IMG/VR virus record: IMGVR_UViG_3300015606_001334
Location: 192,001 to 256,000 of that record
Strand: one strand, 5' to 3'
Length of the DNA stretch: 64,000 nucleotides
From: a virus
Taxonomy: Duplodnaviria; Caudoviricetes
Below the pieces are notes generated by a model that had not been told where the DNA came from, searched no databases, and saw nothing but the letters and a program-made list of their open reading frames with translations. A program made the translations under genes and the position numbers. Shown piece after piece: positions 47,719 through 56,434 of the stretch (the first letter of the stretch is position 1; every line of letters starts with the position of its first letter).

Positions 47719-48744
47719 TTATAGTTTACCCGCTGCTTTCAAATCCTTAGAAATACCGGTGGTAATCACTTTAGGATCTGAAAGGTCGATGCTCCTAAGA
47801 ACATCTAAATACTGCTGATACTCAGGGTGTGCAGGATTTCCGATGTATTTATGACTAAACTCAGCATCAGTGCCAGTTCTAAAGTCAACAATCATATCGA
47901 AGAAGATTCCATCTGCACCAACACGATGTCCAAGTTCGATAAACTTTGGAATCTCTTTGTAATTTGCTTGTTGTACAACAAAGAGGATCGTGAACATTCC
48001 AACTTGACCTCTCTTCTTTTTATGCTTTACGAAAAAGAGATTTTTGATTAGCTCTTTCCAACTACCGCCTTGACGAGTATAGGAATAAGTTTCTTCTGTT
48101 GCTGCGTCTATACTTATGCTGACATTTCTAACTCGATCTTGCAAGCCAATTTTGTTCCAAGTTCTTCTGTTTAGAAGCTGGGCATTGCTATGTAAATCAA
48201 AATTAATGTGGGCATACTCTGGAGAATTAACAACTTCCTTCATGACGTTAATGAAGTGCTTGCTTGCGAAGGGCTCTCCGCTCCCAGATATGTGTAGGGT
48301 TTTTAGAGTTGGCATCCAAGGTCTAACACCTGACTCATAGTAGACTTTGAATTTTTCTTGAGAAGCATCATCATTGTAGATGTTCTTAGTATTTCTGCAA
48401 GAAGGACAAACCAAATTGCATGAAATATCGTAAGACAGCTTTATTGATTCAGGCTTCTTTTCGAGGTATTCATCAACATTTACTGAGTCTCTATCCAATA
48501 AGCCAACATCATTTGCTAATCTTGGACAAAATTCACGAGAGCAATATTTGTAGTCACCATCAATGACAGACCTACGAATTTCTTTTGCCCTTGGTGAATT
48601 CCAAATTTCTTCAGGTGAGTGCCTGAAAATATTTCCGAGAGGAATACTTAGCCACTTTTGACAGCAAAAGTAAACGTCTCCGGACCTGTTCAGCTCCATG
48701 TTGGTGAATGGACGGGTACAGAATTTCTTAGTAAGATCTATCAT
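47719..48744 (-). CDS. radical SAM protein with N-terminal SPASM/twitch domain
   Basis: CTRPF..GDV.FCC..LGNI...EEIWNS, CNLVCPSC, SGEPF, SIDA. Confidence 0.9.
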   Translation of the reverse strand: MIDLTKKFCTRPFTNMELNRSGDVYFCCQKWLSIPLGNIFRHSPEEIWNSPRAKEIRRSVIDGDYKYCSREFCPRLANDVGLLDRDSVNVDEYLEKKPESIKLSYDISCNLVCPSCRNTKNIYNDDASQEKFKVYYESGVRPWMPTLKTLHISGSGEPFASKHFINVMKEVVNSPEYAHINFDLHSNAQLLNRRTWNKIGLQDRVRNVSISIDAATEETYSYTRQGGSWKELIKNLFFVKHKKKRGQVGMFTILFVVQQANYKEIPKFIELGHRVGADGIFFDMIVDFRTGTDAEFSHKYIGNPAHPEYQQYLDVLRSIDLSDPKVITTGISKDLKAAGKL

Positions 48745-48755
48745 TATTCTCTCAT

Positions 48756-48788
48756 AAAAAATGACGCCGCTGGGACGTCATTCTTTTT
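48756..48788 (-). terminator. intrinsic terminator after the tail tube gene
   Basis: AATGACG...CGTCATT stem followed by a T-run on the minus strand. Confidence 0.65.
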
Positions 48789-48794
48789 GATTGA

Positions 48795-49388
48795 TTAGGT
48801 AGCGTGGCCGCCGATAGCAGTGCCGTAACCTTGACCTGCAAGCTCTTGGTAAGCGTGGTCGAAGCGAATAGTTAGGCTGATCTGAGCTGCTTCAGATGCT
48901 GCGTAATCCATTTCACCCCAATCACAAGCTTGAATGAAACAACCTTCCATCTTCCAGGTTTCAACAACTGCTTCATTGCCGTCTAGCAATTCTAGCTTCA
49001 TTGCGAACTTGTAACCAGATGCGGTTGGTTCTGCATTCAACCACTGACCATTTGCAGAGTCTGCACCGATCAAACGTTGTTGGGTTTCTAGTTGTTGTTG
49101 AACAACGGTAGCTGCTAGACCAGTGATGTCATCTTCAACGGTTAGGCTTAGAGATTCCCAAGAATGCTTGCCTGCGACGTAAGCGGTAGAGTTGTAACGA
49201 TCTAGCTTAACTTCTTCGAAGGATAGGTTTGGACGGGAAACAGTGACTGCCTGCGCGGTTAGATCTTTACCGTTACCATTTGCAGCCTTAGCGATACCGA
49301 TAAAGCGGACTTGCCAACGGTTCTTTAGTTTTGGTGCTAGGATACCAGCGCCGGAGCCTGGGATACCCATTTGTGATAATGTTGCCAT
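48795..49388 (-). CDS. tail tube protein (gp19-like)
   Basis: PKLKNRW.V.F, RP...F, AGK..W, W..EGCF, ISLTIRFD.A; late promoter at 49440-49447. Confidence 0.9.
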   Translation of the reverse strand: MATLSQMGIPGSGAGILAPKLKNRWQVRFIGIAKAANGNGKDLTAQAVTVSRPNLSFEEVKLDRYNSTAYVAGKHSWESLSLTVEDDITGLAATVVQQQLETQQRLIGADSANGQWLNAEPTASGYKFAMKLELLDGNEAVVETWKMEGCFIQACDWGEMDYAASEAAQISLTIRFDHAYQELAGQGYGTAIGGHAT

Positions 49389-49541
49389 TGTGTATTCTCC
49401 ACTTAAAAGTAAGGGTTAAAACGTGTCTTTACGTTTTGGTATTTATTTGAATTGGGAATAATTGGTCAATTTCCGAGGGTTTCACATTTCCTCTTTCGTG
49501 TGTTTTCGAATAAATATAGATTATTGTGTCATTTGATCGTC

Positions 49542-50342
49542 ATGAAACTCTCTTCCCTGCTTGAAGCAAAACAACCAAAACGTTGGCTTACTGAACCGTC
49601 AGAAATTGCATCCTACATAGGGGAAGCAAGATTAGGGGTAGTCAGCGACTATCAAGTAAACAAAGATGGGACTGTTGATTTCTTTGGCGATGTCTTGTAT
49701 GATGCTGCGATATTCGAGGATCTATACAAGAATGAAAAGTTTCCACATTTCGCAAATACTCTCCCTCTAAAGTTTGGAACAGTGGATGGACAGTTTAATA
49801 TCTCTCGTCTAAGATTGAAAACATTAGAAGGTTGTCCAACTGACATAACTGGAATGTTCAATGCTTCATATAACATTTTTTCAGACCTTAAAGGCGGGCC
49901 AAAAAGAGTTGGTGGGGATTACTATGCAAGCTATAATCCAGAACTAAAGTCATTGGAAGGCTTGGCTGAAATTGTCGTAAAAACCCTCAACTTTACGGCA
50001 ACTAGCATTTCAGAAGACGATCTAAAATATCTTCCAGAGAAAATTGATTCGCTACGAATTGGTCAATGTCCAAATATCAAATCGTTGGCTGACATCGACA
50101 AATATGTCAAAGAGGCAAAACGAACAATAAGCCTATCTGATAATTCTTTGGAGCGAAATATCCTAGGACTTCTTAAGATCAAAGGACTAACTGCTCTACA
50201 ATATGGATTCCCGTCTGGTAAACCATCCGATAAGGCCCTCGAAATCATCGATAAATATCTTCCAGTTAAGGATGCTAACGCATTGCTAGACTGTCAAGAC
50301 GAACTTATCGACGCAGGACTATCGGAATATGCCAGAATATAA
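49542..50342 (+). CDS. LRR-type paralog family member 9
   Basis: MKLSSLLE; LKTLEGCP..I.G.F..S.N..SDLKGGP..VGG.Y..S.N..LKSLEG; C-terminus ALLDCQDELIDAGLSEYARI; late promoter at 49509-49516. Confidence 0.85.
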   Translation: MKLSSLLEAKQPKRWLTEPSEIASYIGEARLGVVSDYQVNKDGTVDFFGDVLYDAAIFEDLYKNEKFPHFANTLPLKFGTVDGQFNISRLRLKTLEGCPTDITGMFNASYNIFSDLKGGPKRVGGDYYASYNPELKSLEGLAEIVVKTLNFTATSISEDDLKYLPEKIDSLRIGQCPNIKSLADIDKYVKEAKRTISLSDNSLERNILGLLKIKGLTALQYGFPSGKPSDKALEIIDKYLPVKDANALLDCQDELIDAGLSEYARI

Positions 50343-50991
50343 CACAACAATCGAAGAACTTTTCTCAAAATACAAGCTAGATTTCAGAATCCTTTCTGAT
50401 TACATTCGCGCTACCTATGACGCAACAACAATGAGAGGAATTCCTCTCAACGTCATCAAGGATAGCTTAAGCGACGGCCAAACTGCTTCAAAGCTTTGGG
50501 TAGTAGATGAGCTTGGAAAATTCCTAACCATCAAAGAGAAATCTATCGGAGTATTCGGTGGATGGGTTGGTTTGCTATGCAGATTCCTAGTTGAAATGAT
50601 AGGAACTCCAAAGATCGCTAACATTGAGCTAGACGAAACACTGAAGCTCATCAACAATTATGTTATGCTCGGTCACCAGGATAAATTCCGGTTCATTCAT
50701 ACCGACATGTATGCGTTTCCATACAACGACGATCAGTTCGATGTCTACGTGAACACGAGCGGCGAGCACATCCCTTCTTTGAAGCAATGGATAGAAATGA
50801 TTCCTGCTGGCAAAATCGTTTGCATTCAGTCGAATAATTTCTTCTCTCATGAGCAACATATCAATTGCGTAAACAATGTGACTGAACTTGAGAACCAAAT
50901 TCTTGAGGCATCAAACGTAAAGGATACGGTTTTTAGAGGAACACTGAAGTTACCGATTTACGATCGGTATATGGTGATAGCAAAAACCTAA
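50329..50991 (+). CDS. class I SAM-dependent methyltransferase-like protein
   Basis: GQ..SK.W, V.GGW.G (motif I-like), I.ELD, DM, NTS.EH, QSNN. Confidence 0.7.
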   Translation: MPEYNTTIEELFSKYKLDFRILSDYIRATYDATTMRGIPLNVIKDSLSDGQTASKLWVVDELGKFLTIKEKSIGVFGGWVGLLCRFLVEMIGTPKIANIELDETLKLINNYVMLGHQDKFRFIHTDMYAFPYNDDQFDVYVNTSGEHIPSLKQWIEMIPAGKIVCIQSNNFFSHEQHINCVNNVTELENQILEASNVKDTVFRGTLKLPIYDRYMVIAKT

Positions 50992-51026
50992 AAAAGAAAA
51001 AGGGAGCCGAAGCTCCCTTTATTTTT
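50991..51026. terminator. bidirectional intrinsic terminator
   Basis: AAAGGGAGC-CGAA-GCTCCCTTT. Confidence 0.9.
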
Positions 51027-51042
51027 GCGTCTAACCCGAAGA

Positions 51043-52887
51043 TTAACCTGGCATTTGAGCGCCAGTGTTAAGAACGCGGATTGGGATGTAAATGAATTCA
51101 GCCGCTTTTACTGGCTTAATTGCAACATCCAACCATAGCTCGTTTCTGTCGATTCGAGTTGCGGTGTTGTTTGATTCGTCGCAAAGTGTAACGAAGTCAT
51201 ATAGACCGCGCTTGATCAAGATGTCATTCAAGAAACCGTCGGCTGCTGCCTTGAGGTTGTCACGAGTGATTTGATCGTTTGGTTCGAAGACGAATGGGAA
51301 TGCACCCTTACGTAGACCACGCTTCATGTACATAACTAGACGAACAACGTTTACGCGGTCTAGAGCGGAAGCTGCAGATGCTGCAGTCTTCTGACCCCAA
51401 ATGATGATACCACGACCTGGGAAGTAAACGATTGGGTTGATGTTCTTGTAGAACTCGTATAGGTTGTCACGTTGACCTTGGTTTAGGTTACATTCAACGA
51501 ATGTAGTTGGAGTACCGAGCGCGCCGGTCACATAACCAACCTTTGAAACGCCAGTAACTAGACCACGACGAACACCAGCTGGAGCGAACCATAGTTCTGC
51601 AACAGAGTCGCTGTACGCATAGGTACGTAGTGCGATACCAGATGGAGCGCAAACAACGTCATTGCCGTCCAAGTTGGATGCTAGACCCCATGGGTAGTAG
51701 TAAGCAACGGAGGTAGAGTTGAAACGCTCAGAGGTATTTGCCCAGTTTGCGACTTCGTCTGGGTTCTTGAAGACTGGAGTATCACCGATTACGAATGCTT
51801 CGTCGTTAACTGCGACAGATAGAGCTAGCATTTCGTCAACAACTTCTGGGTAACCTGGACATACGATTAGGTTGTATTCGTACATTTCAGAACGAACTTC
51901 AGTGTTGCTGTTGATTTCAGCTTGTAGTGCGGTGCGGATCGCTAGACGTTTTGCTGAATCGCTTGGACCTAGTGGGTTGTTCAATAGAACTTCGATTAGA
52001 TTTAGCTCGAAATAATCGCCAGCTACGAATGGAGCGGAGCCATTCACAATAGTGAAGCTTACGTAGCCATTGTCGTATGGTGAACCGACGGTACCGTTTG
52101 CGTGAGGACCGGTCAAGGAACCAACTACGGTAAATTGGGTTGCAGAGATGAATTCGACTGCAATGGTTTCTGCAACTGCTAGATCGCCTACTTGTAGATT
52201 AACGAATGATCCGTTGCCGGTGCCAGTGTATGACGATGGACCATACTGTAGCGCAAAGGTGAAGTAATCACCAGCTACGAATGGGGTAGAACCTGCATTG
52301 ATAGTGAAACGAATCTTGTCGGAAATAAAGACTTGACCGACAGTTGCGATGCCGATTAGACCAGATTTAGAACCAGTTACGTTGAAAGTATTTGCGCTAG
52401 TTGCAACTACGGTGAACGACTCAAGTCTAACCATTGGGCTAACTGCTTGTAGACCAGTGATAGTACCATTACCTACGCCCATTAGATTTGGGGTGGTAGC
52501 AAGAGGGGTTCCGATACCGATAAATGATAGTGGTGCATCGGTTAGATCGACGTTTGCGCGAACAACAAAAGCTTTGTTGCCTACGCCAAGGTATTGATTT
52601 AGTGCAAATAGACCGTATTCGTTACGAGCGTCGCCATGATATGCTTCACCGCTAGCGTTTTGCCAGAAGTAAGGAATACCATATAGCTGTACAGATTGAC
52701 CTAGAGAGGTAACAGTTCTGACGACAGAGTGCTCATTTGTGCCTGCTGCTGGAGTTAGACCGTTAGGCTGCATCTTGCCGGCGCGAGTTGCGACGAAGAA
52801 TAGCGGAACGGTTGGAGCGGACACAGGAATGTAGAATGAGTCATCAATAACTGGGACTGTTACGCCAGGTGAAACTAATGTTGGCAT
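51043..52887 (-). CDS. tail sheath protein (gp18-like)
   Basis: LVSPGV, WFAPAG..RG, RD.LY...INPI, WGQKT, DRVNV.RL, FEPND..TR, CDESNNT..RIDRNEL, P.KA.EFI. Confidence 0.97.
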   Translation of the reverse strand: MPTLVSPGVTVPVIDDSFYIPVSAPTVPLFFVATRAGKMQPNGLTPAAGTNEHSVVRTVTSLGQSVQLYGIPYFWQNASGEAYHGDARNEYGLFALNQYLGVGNKAFVVRANVDLTDAPLSFIGIGTPLATTPNLMGVGNGTITGLQAVSPMVRLESFTVVATSANTFNVTGSKSGLIGIATVGQVFISDKIRFTINAGSTPFVAGDYFTFALQYGPSSYTGTGNGSFVNLQVGDLAVAETIAVEFISATQFTVVGSLTGPHANGTVGSPYDNGYVSFTIVNGSAPFVAGDYFELNLIEVLLNNPLGPSDSAKRLAIRTALQAEINSNTEVRSEMYEYNLIVCPGYPEVVDEMLALSVAVNDEAFVIGDTPVFKNPDEVANWANTSERFNSTSVAYYYPWGLASNLDGNDVVCAPSGIALRTYAYSDSVAELWFAPAGVRRGLVTGVSKVGYVTGALGTPTTFVECNLNQGQRDNLYEFYKNINPIVYFPGRGIIIWGQKTAASAASALDRVNVVRLVMYMKRGLRKGAFPFVFEPNDQITRDNLKAAADGFLNDILIKRGLYDFVTLCDESNNTATRIDRNELWLDVAIKPVKAAEFIYIPIRVLNTGAQMPG

Positions 52888-53021
52888 TGTTTTTCTCCTT
52901 AAAAAATTCCCTAAATGTTTGAATTGGAAGCCATTAAAGCTGGAATCTTAGGAATATTTATCGGATTTCGGCTTTTTATCTTATAAATCGATGAGTTTTT
53001 CGGTGAAAGGTGAAGTGTACC

Positions 53022-53029
53022 TATAAATA
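53022..53029 (+). promoter_or_regulatory. T4-type late promoter TATAAATA (divergent from the sheath promoter at 52955-52962)
   Basis: Exact consensus about 30 nt upstream of 53059. Confidence 0.75.
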
Positions 53030-53058
53030 GGGATGAACCGTTTTCAACCGAAATTGTC

Positions 53059-53865
53059 ATGAGATTCAAAGAATACCTTCTAGAAGCACCACAAGACGAA
53101 GAAACAATTAAAGAGTTTTTAACTGAAACTCTTGGACTACACCCGTCCGATTTTCTCATCAAAGAAGATAATTCAGTTACTTTGTTCTCAGATCTAAATA
53201 TAGATGCAGTCCATGGTCAAACCTTAAAAAGGCTGCCAATTAAGTTCAACGAAATTGATGGTGATATTTGGATTAATAACTGTCAGTTGGAAACCTTAAT
53301 AGGTCTTCCAGCCATCGCAGAAAACATTTACCTAATCAACACTCGAATTAAGAGTTTGAAATATCTACCAAAGACAATTCACGGTGACTTGGTAATAAAC
53401 AACAACCGAAATCTTGCCTCTCTTGAAGGTTGTCCAGATTCCGTTCCTGGCGACTTTAGCTGTAGTGACAATCACGAATTGTTATCACTAGAAGGCGGGC
53501 CAAAAGAGGTTGGCAAAAGCTACAAAATCGATACTTGCAACAAGCTCAAGAGCATTGAGGGTATTGCATCAACTATCGGTAAACACCTCTCTATCTGTAA
53601 CAACCGTGGTCTTGACAACCTAGAAGGCATCAGTAGAAAAGTCAAGAGTTGCGGTGGTAAGCTTGACGTGTCTGGTAACTATTTCTCACGCGCCATCATG
53701 GGAGTAGTTACATTGAAGGGCATAACTGGTTTAGAATATAAATTTGGTGGCAAGGCATCGAAGGCCTTCGAAATTATCTTCAAGTGTCGTGAGGAAGGCA
53801 AGGATGCTCTTGAGTGTCAAGACCTACTCATTGATGCTGGACTACAGGAATTTGCAAAGCTATGA
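53059..53865 (+). CDS. LRR-type paralog family member 10
   Basis: MRFKEYLLE; about 5-6 repeats L.SL.G.P..V.G.F....N; C-terminus DALECQDLLIDAGLQEFAKL. Confidence 0.85.
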   Translation: MRFKEYLLEAPQDEETIKEFLTETLGLHPSDFLIKEDNSVTLFSDLNIDAVHGQTLKRLPIKFNEIDGDIWINNCQLETLIGLPAIAENIYLINTRIKSLKYLPKTIHGDLVINNNRNLASLEGCPDSVPGDFSCSDNHELLSLEGGPKEVGKSYKIDTCNKLKSIEGIASTIGKHLSICNNRGLDNLEGISRKVKSCGGKLDVSGNYFSRAIMGVVTLKGITGLEYKFGGKASKAFEIIFKCREEGKDALECQDLLIDAGLQEFAKL

Positions 53866-54698
53866 AAACCACATTCAAAAAACTTCTCATCAACGAATCT
53901 CAAACCAAATTTCTCAGTGAAGAGTCTGCTATCAGAGAATGGCTAGACAAAATGGGAGTTGAAGATTACTCAATCAACGGCGACATGACTGTATCGGTCA
54001 AGGGTCCTTTGTCTCTAGATGACAAAAATCTTGAAGAAATTCCGGTGAAGTTCAGTGAAGTCGGCGGATCCATTGATGTTACTAGCAACAAGTTAAAGCG
54101 AATTGACTGGGCACCAGCTACTGTGAACGGGGATTTTGACGCGTGGGATAACGAGATCGAGACCCTACAAGGTGGTCCAACTGAAGTCAAAGGCTCGTAT
54201 GACGTAGATGGTAACAAGATTACCGATCTTCATGGAAGCCCTAAAACCGTTGGCGTATCGTTCATCGTTTCAAAGAACCCTTTGCATGGACTTGCAGGTT
54301 GCCCTCAATCAGTTGGAAGTTATTTCAAAGCTGAAGCTTGCAACCTAACTGAGATTGACGACCTACCAAGATCTGTGGGTACTAACATCTACCTACAAGG
54401 CAATCATATTTCTTCGTTGAAGAACATCAACAAGTTCCTCAAAGAAGTCAACGCTAAGAATGATGCAAAGGGCGGTAAGGTCGTTTTGTCCGCTAACCCG
54501 ATTACTGCGGGCATATCTGCCCTACTAGCTATCAAGGGCTTCAAAGAAGTAGTCTTTGATGGAGTAAAGGGTCAGAGCAGCTCTTACCAAGAACTCATAA
54601 AGGTTGCCGAGATCATCAACAAGGGATTGAAGGCTAACGAAGATCCATTCGACATCCAAGAGAAGATTTTGGATTCAGATTGGTCATCCTTCGCTTAA
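53862..54698 (+). CDS. LRR-type paralog family member 11
   Basis: MKTTFKKLLINE; regular 22-aa repeats P..V.G.F....N.L..L.G; C-terminus DPFDIQEKILDSDWSSFA. Confidence 0.85.
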   Translation: MKTTFKKLLINESQTKFLSEESAIREWLDKMGVEDYSINGDMTVSVKGPLSLDDKNLEEIPVKFSEVGGSIDVTSNKLKRIDWAPATVNGDFDAWDNEIETLQGGPTEVKGSYDVDGNKITDLHGSPKTVGVSFIVSKNPLHGLAGCPQSVGSYFKAEACNLTEIDDLPRSVGTNIYLQGNHISSLKNINKFLKEVNAKNDAKGGKVVLSANPITAGISALLAIKGFKEVVFDGVKGQSSSYQELIKVAEIINKGLKANEDPFDIQEKILDSDWSSFA

Positions 54699-54753
54699 GT
54701 CACTTTCGTGCCCGTATAATATAGCGGCCGCCACTGATAGGGAGGGGAGAAAA

Positions 54754-55038
54754 TTGTATCTGATTAGATTTAAAGAGACGGATTTCGATTTGATAGCTGT
54801 AAAGGAGTTGTTCTACATACAGAATCGGATCGAAGCTAAGCAAGTCGCTGAAGAACTTCACGAGTTCATTCAGGAAATTATTGCTAAGGCAAGTGCAGAA
54901 GGAATTCTTGGCTGCGTATTTATCCCTCAACTTGACGTTACGATTGTTTCGACCAGGAGTATTTGCTCGGTAGAGGCAATCGAACTAAAGAGATTCGAGC
55001 CTCTACCTGATCTTACTTACGAACATTTGCTCGCTTAA
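54754..55038 (+). CDS. hypothetical protein in a 340-bp insert bounded by a 10-bp direct repeat
   Basis: TTG start with GGAGGGGAG SD, TATAAT at 54715-54720. Confidence 0.5.
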   Translation: MYLIRFKETDFDLIAVKELFYIQNRIEAKQVAEELHEFIQEIIAKASAEGILGCVFIPQLDVTIVSTRSICSVEAIELKRFEPLPDLTYEHLLA

Positions 55039-55787
55039 GTTTTTCTTTCAGTGACGGTCAAGCCGTAATAAGTAGTGGAGAACGGTTGAAGTTCTCCATT
55101 TTCGTCATACTCACTCAAATTAAACCCTTCTAGGTCGCCGATTCTAGTGATGACTTTATGGACAATTTCATCCTTAACATCCAACGGAGTAGAGAGATAG
55201 ATAGGGATGGTGAAGTTCAAGGACCACACCAACATACGACGATCCGTACCCATTGGGTAGTTTTCCTCGTTATTGATTCCCATTAGCTCAACTGTAGTAA
55301 TCTTGGTCCAGTCAAAGCTTGCATCGCTTGTCTGAATTTGTAGGATTGGATCGAACAACATAAGAATCTGTTCAAGGATCTGATGCAATTGAAGAGTGTT
55401 TGAAGCATAGATCGCAATCTCAGTAGTCAAGTTGTATGGGATTGGCATAACACGCTTGACCACAGCTAGATCGTTAGGAAAAACTCCGCCGGCCGGCATG
55501 TACACTCTTGAATCTACAACGCCCACACCCTTACGACGTTCAGGCGCCAGTTCAATTCCTGTGATGTAGGCTGACATCTGTGGTAGAGTAAATGATCTAT
55601 TATGAGTGTTACCTTCCATGATAGCCGCGGTCACACGGTCCTTTGAGCCAACGTTAACTGGAACGTTCATCATTTCGATAGTTCCGTCCTCTCCCTTACC
55701 AGTTGCTACCTTCATTCCTGCGAAAATGGCGCAAAACTGTAGGAGATAAGAACGGAGTTGTTCGTCGTAGAAATAGTGGGTAATCAT
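55035..55787 (-). CDS. tail sheath stabilizer/tail terminator (gp15-like)
   Basis: YFYD.Q.R.Y...F..IF, VP, LP.MS..I, P.PYN, QI.EQI...F.P. Confidence 0.85.
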   Translation of the reverse strand: MITHYFYDEQLRSYLLQFCAIFAGMKVATGKGEDGTIEMMNVPVNVGSKDRVTAAIMEGNTHNRSFTLPQMSAYITGIELAPERRKGVGVVDSRVYMPAGGVFPNDLAVVKRVMPIPYNLTTEIAIYASNTLQLHQILEQILMLFDPILQIQTSDASFDWTKITTVELMGINNEENYPMGTDRRMLVWSLNFTIPIYLSTPLDVKDEIVHKVITRIGDLEGFNLSEYDENGELQPFSTTYYGLTVTERKT

Positions 55788-55795
55788 GTTGTTCC

Positions 55796-56434
55796 TTATC
55801 TTAGCATTCTGTAGTAATTGTAGAAATAATCAGTAAACACTGAATTTTCGATTGCATAATACTCATCACAACAAACCATAATTTCATGCGATGAATAATC
55901 CTTCATAGCTGAATGAATATCATCGGTTCGGTATCTGGCGTTTGTTAAAACTTCTGCAATTTTGTCAAGAGTTTCTTGTGCATGTTCACCTTCACGCTTT
56001 GCTGCATAGCTGATTTCTTCAACATCTGAATAAACATCTTCAATGAAAGGCGACCAAGCATAAGAGAATTTTCCAATAGGCATAATCACATATGCTTTAC
56101 CAAAATTGAGAACCGTTTTCTGATCACCTGCACAGAAAATTGCGCCTGACCGGAACTTACTTCCTAATTCTTTTTCCATCCACTCGTCCATGAATTTGTG
56201 GATGTATTCTGGTGAATTCAAAGGAACACGATCTTTTCTAACTTTAGCACGATAAACGTCTTCAGCAAGTTCTTCCGCACGACGTCTAAACGAATCTACT
56301 CGAATTCCGCGATACAATCTAAAATCATCAACATCTACTACTTCATCAATAAATGGTTTGCAGTCATCAATAATTTGTTGCACAAGCTGTTTTGATATTT
56401 TGCTTGGTCCTTCAAGAAGAGCTCTTAATTTCAT
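55796..56434 (-). CDS. putative ADP-ribosyltransferase-fold protein, paralog of 31580-32251
   Basis: MKLRALLE; LYRGI, R.P..S, KFRS..IF, FG..Y...P, WSP..ED, HEIM..CDEY.AI. Confidence 0.65.
   Translation of the reverse strand: MKLRALLEGPSKISKQLVQQIIDDCKPFIDEVVDVDDFRLYRGIRVDSFRRRAEELAEDVYRAKVRKDRVPLNSPEYIHKFMDEWMEKELGSKFRSGAIFCAGDQKTVLNFGKAYVIMPIGKFSYAWSPFIEDVYSDVEEISYAAKREGEHAQETLDKIAEVLTNARYRTDDIHSAMKDYSSHEIMVCCDEYYAIENSVFTDYFYNYYRMLR

Noticed and set aside
54699-54753. tRNA or riboswitch in the GC-rich intergenic stretch
   Set aside because: It is too short and shows no cloverleaf or T-loop signature; it reads better as a -10 box plus SD. I recognised no tRNA elsewhere by eye, but tRNAscan-SE would be needed to exclude one.
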